64,000 nucleotides of DNA. Source: Candidatus Zixiibacteriota bacterium (GTDB lineage: Bacteria > Zixibacteria > MSB-5A5 > DASWLN01). The stretch covers positions 3,362 through 67,361 of the forward strand of contig DASWLN010000168.1 of NCBI GenBank assembly GCA_036396115.1. The letters run 5' to 3'. A model generated the notes under the pieces. The model was not told the DNA's origin. It saw nothing but the letters and a program-made list of their open reading frames with translations, and made no database searches. Positions 47,618-55,863 of this stretch are shown here, piece by piece (position 1 is the stretch's first letter; every line of letters begins with the position of its first letter). A program made the position numbers and the translations under genes.

Positions 47618-48406
47618 ATGGATAAGAAAAATACTGATGAAAGATTGGAACCTCAAACAACTACCGTCTGGTCATTTCCAAATCGTGGTAAGTGGCTGTC
47701 GCATAACGCCAAGTATCGCGGCAACTGGGCACCACAGATTCCCAACAATCTAATTCAACTTTATTCTAAGGAAGGCGATATCGTTTTAGATCCTATGGTG
47801 GGAAGTGGGACGACAATGATTGAGGCCAAGTCTCTTGGTCGCAAAGGTCTTGCTTTTGACATTCACCCCGAAGTTGTCAAGTTGGCGCAGGATGCTTGCA
47901 TGTTTTCGTCGGAACAGAAGCATTTCGAGCCAGCTATTGAACAAGGGGACGCGCGGAATTTGAAATCACTGAAAGATCATAGCGTCGATTTCATCGCAAC
48001 GCACCCGCCCTATCTGAATATCATCAAATACGGAAGAAAGGACGTTGACGGTGACCTCTCTGCTATAAGCAGCCTCAAGAAATTCTGCGATGAAATTGAA
48101 AAGGTTGCTGGAGAATGTTATCGTATTCTAAAACCCGGAAAATTCTGTGCTATTCTGATTGGTGATACGCGTCGAAAGCGGCATTATGTTCCTCTTGCCT
48201 TTTCGGTCATGCAACGCTTTCTGAAGCCAGGATTTGTATTGAAAGAAGACGTTATTAAGATTCAACACAACTGTGCGACGACCAGATACTGGAATGCACA
48301 AATAAAGGACTTCTTGCTCATTATGCACGAACATTTATTTGTTTTTCGCAAGCCAGACGTTGATGAGGACAAATTTCTTTATAAGGATAGCATCTATAAT
48401 GTTTAG
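47618..48406 (+). CDS. beta-class N6/N4 DNA methyltransferase (N6_N4_Mtase family)
   Basis: Motif IV (HPPY) precedes motif I-like DPMVGSGTT (circularly permuted order typical of beta-class). Confidence 0.8.
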   Translation: MDKKNTDERLEPQTTTVWSFPNRGKWLSHNAKYRGNWAPQIPNNLIQLYSKEGDIVLDPMVGSGTTMIEAKSLGRKGLAFDIHPEVVKLAQDACMFSSEQKHFEPAIEQGDARNLKSLKDHSVDFIATHPPYLNIIKYGRKDVDGDLSAISSLKKFCDEIEKVAGECYRILKPGKFCAILIGDTRRKRHYVPLAFSVMQRFLKPGFVLKEDVIKIQHNCATTRYWNAQIKDFLLIMHEHLFVFRKPDVDEDKFLYKDSIYNV

Positions 48407-48413
48407 GTAAAGG

Positions 48414-48443
48414 CAGGTGGCCCACAGCCCTGCTGTGGAAGAA
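48414..48443. repeat. island REP unit R4 (GGTGGCCCACAGCCCTGCTGTGG hairpin)
   Basis: Identical to the 5' part of R3 and R5. Confidence 0.7.
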
Positions 48444-48536
48444 TTTCAATAAGACCCAAGAATTGTTTGTAGTTCACACATAGAATTGGTATAAATATAG
48501 ATAGCTCCAAGTTCCCTCTAAGACAAGGAGGCTTTT

Positions 48537-49337
48537 ATGAAAGAAGTAACCTCAGAAATCGACGGATTGGTGGTTCGTTCTAGCGGGATATGGATTAAAC
48601 AAAAATATTACTACTTGAAAAGATACCTGGATATTTTTTCAAAAGGAATGAAGAATAGATGGAAAGGAAATTTAACTTATATTGATCTATTTGCTGGACC
48701 TGGGCGTTGTTTAATAGAATCTATTAAGGAAGAAGAAGACGGTTCTCCTTTAATAGCATTGCAGTACGATTTTAAGAAATACGTTTTTGTTGAAGAATCA
48801 AAAGAACTAATTGAGGCTTTGAAAACAAGATGTAAAAATTCCCCCAAGTTTAGCAGGATTGAATTTTTAGAAGGAGATTGCAATAATGTTGTTGATGAAA
48901 TTATTCCTCAGGTTGACCCAGCCGGTTTAAACCTTATTTTTATTGATCCTACCGGAATCGATATCCATTACAAGACCATTGAAAGAATTGTTAAAAACAA
49001 CCGATCTGATTTGTTAATTAATGTTCAGCTCGGGATGTATATCACTAGAAATTTTCTTGCCTATAAGAAAAAGGGTGATAATTCAAAACTGGGATTATTC
49101 TTAGGGGGTAACGTTGATTGGGATAAATTAAAGAATCCCCAGGATGCAGTTAAGTTGTATAAAGAGCGTATCAAGGGGCTGGGTTATCAGACAGTAGAAT
49201 TCAAAGACATTACTATTAAAAATACCCTAAATGCCCCGATGTACTTTTTATTATTTGCTTCAAAGAATCCAAAAGGCCTGCATTTTTGGAAAGAGATAAC
49301 TAAAAAAGATCATTCTGGGCAGTTCGAGTTGTTTTAG
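48537..49337 (+). CDS. TcmP-like (three-Cys-motif partner protein) family candidate
   Basis: Recalled resemblance to TIGR04474-type proteins. Contains YIDLFAGPG, reminiscent of C5-MTase motif I (DLFAGxGG). Immediately upstream of a Cx3Cx3C protein. Confidence 0.5.
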   Translation: MKEVTSEIDGLVVRSSGIWIKQKYYYLKRYLDIFSKGMKNRWKGNLTYIDLFAGPGRCLIESIKEEEDGSPLIALQYDFKKYVFVEESKELIEALKTRCKNSPKFSRIEFLEGDCNNVVDEIIPQVDPAGLNLIFIDPTGIDIHYKTIERIVKNNRSDLLINVQLGMYITRNFLAYKKKGDNSKLGLFLGGNVDWDKLKNPQDAVKLYKERIKGLGYQTVEFKDITIKNTLNAPMYFLLFASKNPKGLHFWKEITKKDHSGQFELF

Positions 49338-49387
49338 CAAGAAAATTATCTTTCAGTATAATTCGTGGAAGATGGTATAATATAAAC

Positions 49388-50170
49388 ATGGAAAAAATTT
49401 ACCGTAAGTCTCTTTTGTACAAAAGTGAAGTCGAATACGCAGATTTTTGTTTGAATCATGTAGAAGGATGCTCCCATGGTTGCAAATATCCGTGCTATGC
49501 TTATATGATGAAAAAGAGGTGCGGGATTGTTAAAAGCTACGATGACTGGTGCAAACCAAAAATAGTAGGTAATGCGTTAGACCTCTTAGACAAAGAAATT
49601 CCTAAATATAAAAGCAAGATCAAATATGTGCACCTCTGTTTTTCTACTGATCCATTTATGTATAATCAAGAAGAAGTGAGCGATTTAAGCCTGAAAATAA
49701 TCGATAAGCTTAATTTAAACGGTATCCGTTGCACTGTTCTGACAAAAGGCGTTTTTCCTGAAGAAGTTGGTCATAAAACTGTTTTTAGCAAAAACAACGA
49801 ATATGGCATTACACTTGTTTCATTGGATGAAAATTTCAGAAAGAAATTTGAGCCAAATTCAGCCCCTTTTCGCAATAGAATTCGTTCGCTTGAGGATATA
49901 CACAAACAAGGTTTTAAGACCTGGGTGAGCATGGAACCATACCCTACTCCTAATTTGATTAAGCAAGATTTGCTTGAAATATTGGAAGCGGTGTCCTTTG
50001 TGGACCAGATTATCTTTGGCAGGTTGAATTACAGTGTGAAATCCTCGGAGTTTGGACATGCAAAGGAATTCTATAACAGTATGGCCTCGTCAGTGATTAA
50101 GTTTTGCAGGAAGCACAAGATCAAATACCATATTAAAGATGGAACCCAGAAGCTAAGTGGTGGACAATAG
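49388..50170 (+). CDS. non-canonical three-Cys-motif radical-SAM-like protein
   Basis: CLNHVEGCSHGCKYPCY gives a Cx3Cx3C cluster in place of the canonical Cx3Cx2C (compare hemW in this window). Confidence 0.5.
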   Translation: MEKIYRKSLLYKSEVEYADFCLNHVEGCSHGCKYPCYAYMMKKRCGIVKSYDDWCKPKIVGNALDLLDKEIPKYKSKIKYVHLCFSTDPFMYNQEEVSDLSLKIIDKLNLNGIRCTVLTKGVFPEEVGHKTVFSKNNEYGITLVSLDENFRKKFEPNSAPFRNRIRSLEDIHKQGFKTWVSMEPYPTPNLIKQDLLEILEAVSFVDQIIFGRLNYSVKSSEFGHAKEFYNSMASSVIKFCRKHKIKYHIKDGTQKLSGGQ

Positions 50171-50336
50171 TCTCTTTTTAAGGCACTACTCGGCAGACAA
50201 AACAGGGATTGCTTCGCTAAAGCTCACAATGACAGCTGAATACTGCAACTTAGTACGCCACCAAAGTTTTAGCGAGTGAAGGGAAAAGGGACCTTACCCG
50301 ATGGGTGGGGTACACTTGTTATCATGGGAGAAAAAC

Positions 50337-51044
50337 ATGACTAGGGCAGATAAATTTTTGTCTCTTTTTAATCTTATTGAAAAAACCCTTCACAAAATAA
50401 GTCCTCGCGAGCCTGGTGAGGGTTTTAAGGAAATGATTAATCGTCTCAGCAAGTCTAACAAGATTATTTGCCAATATAAATATGATTTAAGGGACTACGC
50501 CGACCTTAGAAATGCAATAGTTCATCAGTTTACAGGGGAAGCCATCGCCGAACCGCACGAAGATGTTATTGCCAATCTACAAACAATCCATGATATTTTG
50601 GTTAGACCACCGACAGCCATTGAAATTTCCTCCAAACCTGTTTATTGTTGCGAAGCAAAGGATAAAATTGTTGATGTAGTAAAAACAATGACAGCCAAAG
50701 TTTACACCCATGTCCCCGTTTACGAAGATGATAGATTCGTTGGTGTTTTCTCCGAATCCAGTATTGCAAGGTGGTTAGGCGAAAATGCGGAGAAAGACGG
50801 ATTTCTTTTGAATGAAACGAGAGTTGGGGAACTAAAACAATTCTTTGAGAAAGATAATGACCCCTTCAATTCTTACAAATTTGTTTCAAAGGATATTGAC
50901 GTATTTACTATTATGGACTATTTCTTATCTTTTGTTAATGAAAATAAACGTTTAGGAGCTATTTTTGTAACGAATAGCGGCAGGAGCAGTGAAGGAATAT
51001 TAGGAATTATTACATCATGGGATTTACCAAGAATTGATAAATAG
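50337..51044 (+). CDS. HEPN-like N-domain plus tandem CBS-domain protein
   Basis: N-terminal helical domain with Rx4H (LRNAIVH). C-terminal CBS pair (VYTHVPVYEDDRFVGVFSESSIARWL and GAIFVTNSGRSSEGILGIITSWDL). Confidence 0.5.
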   Translation: MTRADKFLSLFNLIEKTLHKISPREPGEGFKEMINRLSKSNKIICQYKYDLRDYADLRNAIVHQFTGEAIAEPHEDVIANLQTIHDILVRPPTAIEISSKPVYCCEAKDKIVDVVKTMTAKVYTHVPVYEDDRFVGVFSESSIARWLGENAEKDGFLLNETRVGELKQFFEKDNDPFNSYKFVSKDIDVFTIMDYFLSFVNENKRLGAIFVTNSGRSSEGILGIITSWDLPRIDK

Positions 51045-51097
51045 AAGAGAAAAGGTACTATATTCATCGGGGCTCAGTAATACTTACCACCCCACCG

Positions 51098-51325
51098 GCA
51101 GGTGGCCCACAGCCCTGCTGTGGGAGAGTTGCGGAACGGTCTCGTGGAACATCCCGCTGAAAGCGTGGAGCCGTTCCCTACAGAGAAGGTTGCGTGGGTG
51201 ATTTTAGGGTAGGGAACAGGCATGCCTGTTCCGTACAAAACGGCCGCGTGGATGATTGTGATGTAGGGACAGGTCACGTGGATGATTTTAGCGTAGGGAA
51301 CAGTCGCGACTGTTCCCTACAAAAA
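51098..51325. repeat. island REP cluster R5
   Basis: GGTGGCCCACAGCC..., CGGAACGGTCTCGTGGAACATCCCGCTGAAAGCGTGGAGCCGTTCCCTAC, GTAGGGAACAGGCATGCCTGTTCCGTAC, 30-nt CGCGTGGATGATTGTGA units and GTAGGGAACAGTCGCGACTGTTCCCTAC. Confidence 0.8.
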
Positions 51326-51345
51326 GATGAAGGCGATGTTTGTGT

Positions 51346-52629
51346 ATGAAAGTCAATACAAAACCGGATAAACTATGGGATGTGGTGGTGATTGGTGGTG
51401 GGCCGGCGGGGATGATGGCAGCGGGGAGGGCGGCTGAGTTGGGTCGCTCGGTTTTGCTCGTCGAGAAAAACGCAATTCTTGGCAAAAAGCTTCTCCTTAC
51501 CGGCGGCGGACGGTGTAATCTTTCCAATAATAAACCAGAACTTCGCACGATGCTGGCAAAATACAAAGGCGTTGACCAATTTCTTTTCTCCGCTTTTTCA
51601 CAGTTCGGCGTAGAAGATACGCTTGAGTTTTTTAAGCGGCAAGGGATGGCGACCAAGGAGGAAGCGGAGGGGAGGATTTTCCCTGTTTCAAATAAAGCGC
51701 AAACAGTGTTGGACGTACTGGTGAGCTATATGAAAGAGGGCGGTGTTGAATTACGAACCAACTCTGTAGTTACAAGGCTTTGGGTTGATGCTTCCAATAC
51801 CGCCACACAGCACATCCGTATCCGACTTAAGGACAAAACAGAGTTGTTGGCGCAATCCTGCGTTGTTGCCAGCGGAGGCACGGCACGTCCGGCAACCGGT
51901 TCAACTGGGGATGGATTTGCGTGGCTTAAAAAAATCGGCCACACCATCATCCAGGACGACGTTGCGCTTGTGCCCGTCGCGCTTAAAGATGCGTGGGCAA
52001 AGAAACTGAGCGGAGTAACGCTTATAGATATTAAGCTCACCACTTTTCAAAACAAAGAGAAACAGGAAGTTGGGAAAGGTGAACTGCTCTTTACGCACTT
52101 TGGCATCAGCGGGCCAACAGTTTTAGATATGAGTAAAGAAATAGGAGAACTTTTAAAATACGGCGAAGTTACCATCATGCTAGATATATTTCCGAAACTT
52201 GATCACGGCGCGCTCAGGGATAAACTGCAGACGCTTTTGAATAGCCAGAGTAACAAGAAGTTAAAAAATACGATGAATAAGCTCGTCCCTTTAGCGCTTG
52301 TGCCGGCGATACTCCGACTGACTGGTGTAGATGGCCAGTTACCCAGTCATAGCCTGAGGCGCGAGCATAGGATAAAATTGGTTAGTGTGATGAAGGCCAT
52401 CCCGCTTAATGTCAAGGGTTTGCTTGGTGCGGATAAAGCGATTGTCTGTTCTGGTGGCGTAGCGCTCGAAGAAGTAGATTTCAGAACCATGCAGTCGCGC
52501 CTGGTACCAAATTTATATATTGTGGGCGATTTACTGAACATCGATCGCCCCTCAGGAGGCTATAGCCTCCAGCTCTGTTGGACAACCGGCTTTGTGGCGG
52601 GGAGCAATACGGAACGGTCGCGTGGATGA
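51346..52629 (+). CDS. HI0933/BaiN-family NAD(P)/FAD-dependent flavoprotein
   Basis: VVVIGGGPAGMMAAGRAA, GGGRCNLSN and the C-terminal HI0933 domain. Its last codons overlap the start of repeat cluster R6. Confidence 0.85.
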   Translation: MKVNTKPDKLWDVVVIGGGPAGMMAAGRAAELGRSVLLVEKNAILGKKLLLTGGGRCNLSNNKPELRTMLAKYKGVDQFLFSAFSQFGVEDTLEFFKRQGMATKEEAEGRIFPVSNKAQTVLDVLVSYMKEGGVELRTNSVVTRLWVDASNTATQHIRIRLKDKTELLAQSCVVASGGTARPATGSTGDGFAWLKKIGHTIIQDDVALVPVALKDAWAKKLSGVTLIDIKLTTFQNKEKQEVGKGELLFTHFGISGPTVLDMSKEIGELLKYGEVTIMLDIFPKLDHGALRDKLQTLLNSQSNKKLKNTMNKLVPLALVPAILRLTGVDGQLPSHSLRREHRIKLVSVMKAIPLNVKGLLGADKAIVCSGGVALEEVDFRTMQSRLVPNLYIVGDLLNIDRPSGGYSLQLCWTTGFVAGSNTERSRG

Positions 52630-52795
52630 TTGTGATGTACGGACAGGTCGCGACCTGTCCCTACAAAAACGGCCGCGTGGTTGATTGTGACGTTAGGAAC
52701 GGTCGCGTGGATGATTTTGGCGTAGGGAACAGGCATGCCTGTTCCCTACTTGAGAGCGTGGAACCGTTCCCTACAGAAACACCAATATCAAAAAA
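52609..52795. repeat. island REP cluster R6
   Basis: Tandem 30-nt CGCGTGGATGATTGTGA units interleaved with GTACGGACAGGTCGCGACCTGTCCCTAC and GTAGGGAACAGGCATGCCTGTTCCCTAC. Confidence 0.8.
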
Positions 52796-52807
52796 TGCCA
52801 ATCAACA

Positions 52808-52969
52808 ATGCGAAATAGAAAACCAAACCGTTTGAAGGGGTATGATTATTCGCAAAGTGGTGTGTATTTTGTAACCGTGTGTGCACAAAACCGCATTGAA
52901 TGGTTTGGTGAAATCGAAAACGGGGAAATGGCCTTATGCCTGGAAAAAGAAGAATCTGGATGTATATAA
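52808..52969 (+). pseudogene. REP-associated tyrosine transposase (RAYT, IS200-like Y1 transposase) N-terminal remnant
   Basis: Manual translation gives MRNRKPNRLKGYDYSQSGVYFVTVCAQNRIEWFGEIENGEMALCLEKEESGCI*. The GYDYSQxGxYFVTxCxxNR block is the characteristic RAYT N-terminus. It terminates after 53 aa, before any HUH or Tyr motifs. Abuts R6. Confidence 0.55.
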
Positions 52970-52987
52970 TCGGTTAGGGAAAGAAAA

Positions 52988-53581
52988 ATGATAATCCGTT
53001 GCACGGCAAGATTTTTAAAAGAAATGGGATTAACCAAGGCCGATCTCACCAGCAACACTTCAGAAGAATCAGAGTTGGGCGAGTGGTATACTAATCTGTT
53101 TTTTGTCGAACGTAAGAAATGTGTGATTTTTACTAATGCCCGAACTTTATTTACGTTCATATGGTTTGATGTTGATAGATCAGAGATCAGGAATCTTGGT
53201 AAGCTTTTCCGCATTGGTTTCGGCAAGGCCCTATTGGATGAAGATTTCGATGGTGCGTTGATACAGCATCTCGTTAACGAGTGCCGAGATATACGATTTG
53301 CCAAAACACAAGACAGAAGCGTACTCGGCGTTATGGTGGATCACGTCAAGAACACAAAATGGATGGTCATACGCGATGGCGGATTAGAAAAATCCGATTT
53401 CTCTGAAATAATAAAACAACTTAATCGCACACCGCTTTTAACGAAAGACTTTACTTATTCTATTGAGGAGCTTGGGAAGGTTTTGGGAGTTGCTGTAGAT
53501 ACGAAACTTAATTTTAATCCGTCTAATACGTTTTTGTCATCAAGCGCGCCCGAAATAAGGGACAATAAGGAACAGGCTTAA
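52988..53581 (+). CDS. hypothetical protein, 197 aa
   Basis: Protein-like composition on the island's coding strand. No family recognised. Confidence 0.4.
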   Translation: MIIRCTARFLKEMGLTKADLTSNTSEESELGEWYTNLFFVERKKCVIFTNARTLFTFIWFDVDRSEIRNLGKLFRIGFGKALLDEDFDGALIQHLVNECRDIRFAKTQDRSVLGVMVDHVKNTKWMVIRDGGLEKSDFSEIIKQLNRTPLLTKDFTYSIEELGKVLGVAVDTKLNFNPSNTFLSSSAPEIRDNKEQA

Positions 53582-53589
53582 GAGACAAT

Positions 53590-53770
53590 ATGGTTGATTG
53601 TGACGTACGGAACGGTCTCGTGGAACATCCCGCTGAAAGCGTGGAACCGTTCCCTACAAAAACGGCCGCGTGGATGATTGTGACGTACGGAACGGCCGCG
53701 TGGATGATTGTGACATGTGGAACGGTCGCGTGGAACATCCCGCTAACAGCGTGGAACCGTTCCCTACGAA
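53590..53770. repeat. island REP cluster R7
   Basis: Three tandem 30-nt units flanked by CGGAACGGTCTCGTGGAACATCCCGCTGAAAGCGTGGAACCGTTCCCTAC copies. Confidence 0.8.
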
Positions 53771-53797
53771 AACCGAATATACCTCGAGGAGGTTTGA

Positions 53798-54847
53798 GTG
53801 CCATTTAACCCGAAATTCACTATTACCGCGAAAATCAACAAGGCGCTGGTAGAAATTGAACGGGTGCGGGGGTTCTTAGATGCGTTGAAGCTCAAGGATG
53901 ACTGGTTTATTGATATGCAACAAAAAGCATTAATCTTAGAGTCGCACCATTCCACGCATATTGAAGGCACAGCCTTAAGCTTGCAGCAAGCCAAGTCCAT
54001 CCTGGAAGGCAAAAAGGCCAATGGTGTCAGGGCTGACGATAAAAGGGAACTTACAAATTACAAGAAGGCCATGGATTTGGTTTCAAGATATCTTGGCAAG
54101 GATGATCCAATCACCGAAAGCGCTATCTCTGGGCTTCACAAAGTTACTGTGAAAAGCGTCCGTGGCGGACAGGCAGACCCGGGCAATTACCGGAAAATCC
54201 AGAATTATGTGGTCAATTCCCGCACCCGGAAAGTAATTTACACCCCGCCGGGTCCGCTTACGGTCCCGCTTCTCATGCGCGAGTTTGTAGATTGGCTCAA
54301 CAAAACCGAGGAGGTGTCGCCGATTCTTGTTGCCGGCATAGCGCAGTTTCAGTTTGTGCATATTCATCCCTTTGTTGACGGCAATGGCCGGATGGCCCGG
54401 CTTCTCTCAACTTTAATCCTTTACAAAACCGGCTATGACTTCAAGCGGTTATTTACCATCTCGGAGTATTACGACAAAGACCGTCCAAGCTACTATAAGG
54501 CCATCCAGTCAGTGCGTGAGGGCAATATGGACATGACCGGCTGGCTGGAGTACTTCGTTTGTGGCCTGCGTTCGCAGATGGAAGAAATCCAAGCTAAAGG
54601 CCAGCAGTTAATTAAACAAGATGTCAAACTTCAGAAGATTAAAAAACTTGGGATTGGCCTGCGTCAGGAAAAGGCGGTCAAGCATCTAATTATTAAAGGT
54701 ACGATTACGGTTAATGAATATCAGGAGATTGCCTCATGTGTCCGACGGACAGCCCAGAGAGATTTGGAAGATTTAGTTGACAAAGGCATCATCCAAGCCG
54801 TGGCCAAGAGCGCTACCGATCCCACAAAGTATTACGTTTTACTGTGA
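53798..54847 (+). CDS. Fic/DOC family protein (putative AMPylase)
   Basis: Canonical Fic motif HPFVDGNGRMARL and a C-terminal wHTH (TAQRDLEDLV). Confidence 0.85.
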   Translation: MPFNPKFTITAKINKALVEIERVRGFLDALKLKDDWFIDMQQKALILESHHSTHIEGTALSLQQAKSILEGKKANGVRADDKRELTNYKKAMDLVSRYLGKDDPITESAISGLHKVTVKSVRGGQADPGNYRKIQNYVVNSRTRKVIYTPPGPLTVPLLMREFVDWLNKTEEVSPILVAGIAQFQFVHIHPFVDGNGRMARLLSTLILYKTGYDFKRLFTISEYYDKDRPSYYKAIQSVREGNMDMTGWLEYFVCGLRSQMEEIQAKGQQLIKQDVKLQKIKKLGIGLRQEKAVKHLIIKGTITVNEYQEIASCVRRTAQRDLEDLVDKGIIQAVAKSATDPTKYYVLL

Positions 54848-55062
54848 CACGTTACTGTGACATACTGTGACATGCTACTGTGACATACGGAACGGTCTCG
54901 TGGTTGATTTTAGCGTAGGGAACAGGCATGCCTGTTCCCTACAAAAACGGACGCGGGGATGATTGTGACATACGGAATGGTCGCGTGGATGATTGTGATG
55001 TAGGGACAGGTCGCGTGGATGATTGTCGCGTAGGGAATGGTCGCGACCATTCCCTACAAAAG
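54841..55062. repeat. island REP cluster R8
   Basis: (T)ACTGTGACA x4 tandem, then GTAGGGAACAGGCATGCCTGTTCCCTAC, 30-nt units and GTAGGGAATGGTCGCGACCATTCCCTAC. The Fic stop codon lies in the first ACTGTGACA unit. Confidence 0.8.
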
Positions 55063-55332
55063 ATAAAATCATTATCGGAATTGGTCGGTGCATTCAAAAC
55101 AACGTCATCAAAGCATATTCGTCAATTGTGTTTGCCTGAGTTTGGATAGCAACGGTCATTCTACGACCATGTAATACGTGATGAGAAATCATTATGTGAT
55201 GTCTAGATTTACATACAAAATAACCCACCAGGCTGGGATTTAGATAGAAATAATACGGAGAATTTGTTTATGTGATTCATTTTGTGCTGTCACTAAATAT
55301 AGGATCATAGTATAATCTATAGGAGGGCGAAG

Positions 55333-55641
55333 ATGGAGCTAGCACTTAAGATTATAGGGATGTTTTTGGGGGTTTTGGCCCGGACTTATGTCCCTTACTT
55401 ACGAAAACTAAAAGAGGGGAAGGAAACCAAGTTCAAAAAATGTTATACTCTCTCAACAGTGGCGTCGCTTGTTTTGGGTTTGATCATAACTTTACTTGTC
55501 TTTCCGCAATTTGATATTGCCAAAGCGGGCGTTGGCCTGGAAGCTTCCATCAAGTTATTCTGTCTTGCCTTTGGTTTCGGTTTTGGATGGAATAGCATAG
55601 TTTCGGAGACGATCAAATGGACAACAGGAGGCAAAAATTAG
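55333..55641 (+). CDS. hypothetical small membrane protein (102 aa)
   Basis: Three hydrophobic segments. ORF only. Confidence 0.3.
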   Translation: MELALKIIGMFLGVLARTYVPYLRKLKEGKETKFKKCYTLSTVASLVLGLIITLLVFPQFDIAKAGVGLEASIKLFCLAFGFGFGWNSIVSETIKWTTGGKN

Positions 55642-55863
55642 ATCGCCACGAGGAGGTTGTGCTCTCAAATCCTCGAAAACCGATTGGTGATAGATTTCTC
55701 TTGACTTAACTTATTGTTTCTGTAAATTGGAGTAAATAATTTTCTAAACCCTAGGATGATGAATGGGAGATAGTCCTGTTTCGATTGTAGTCCTTTTGGG
55801 AAGGGGCAAGAAATAATAATCAAATCACCTTGAGAATTAAAGGTGATTTTTTCTTTTTAAAAT

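Noticed and set aside
52846-53304. Minus-strand ORF 52846..53304 (152 aa) overlapping the + strand 197-aa ORF
   Set aside because: Its translation is S/R/N-rich and low-complexity. The + strand ORF has globular-protein composition and matches the island's uniform + orientation.
51098-55062. Possible CRISPR arrays in the repeat clusters (regular ~30-nt periodicity)
   Set aside because: Units are directly tandem with no intervening unique spacers. The same units, including the palindromic REPs, recur in different orders in every cluster, and no cas genes are present. These are minisatellite/REP mosaics, not repeat-spacer arrays.
39657-55062. Integron cassette array (attC sites) as the explanation for the repeat-punctuated co-oriented island
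   Set aside because: No intI-like tyrosine recombinase is in the window. I could not find R'' RYYYAAC / R' GTTRRRY core sites at the repeat borders. Core REP palindromes also occur outside the island (6451, 20436, 25034), and a RAYT remnant sits at 52808. REP/REPIN proliferation is therefore more parsimonious. This is not fully excluded and is kept as a check in finding 3.
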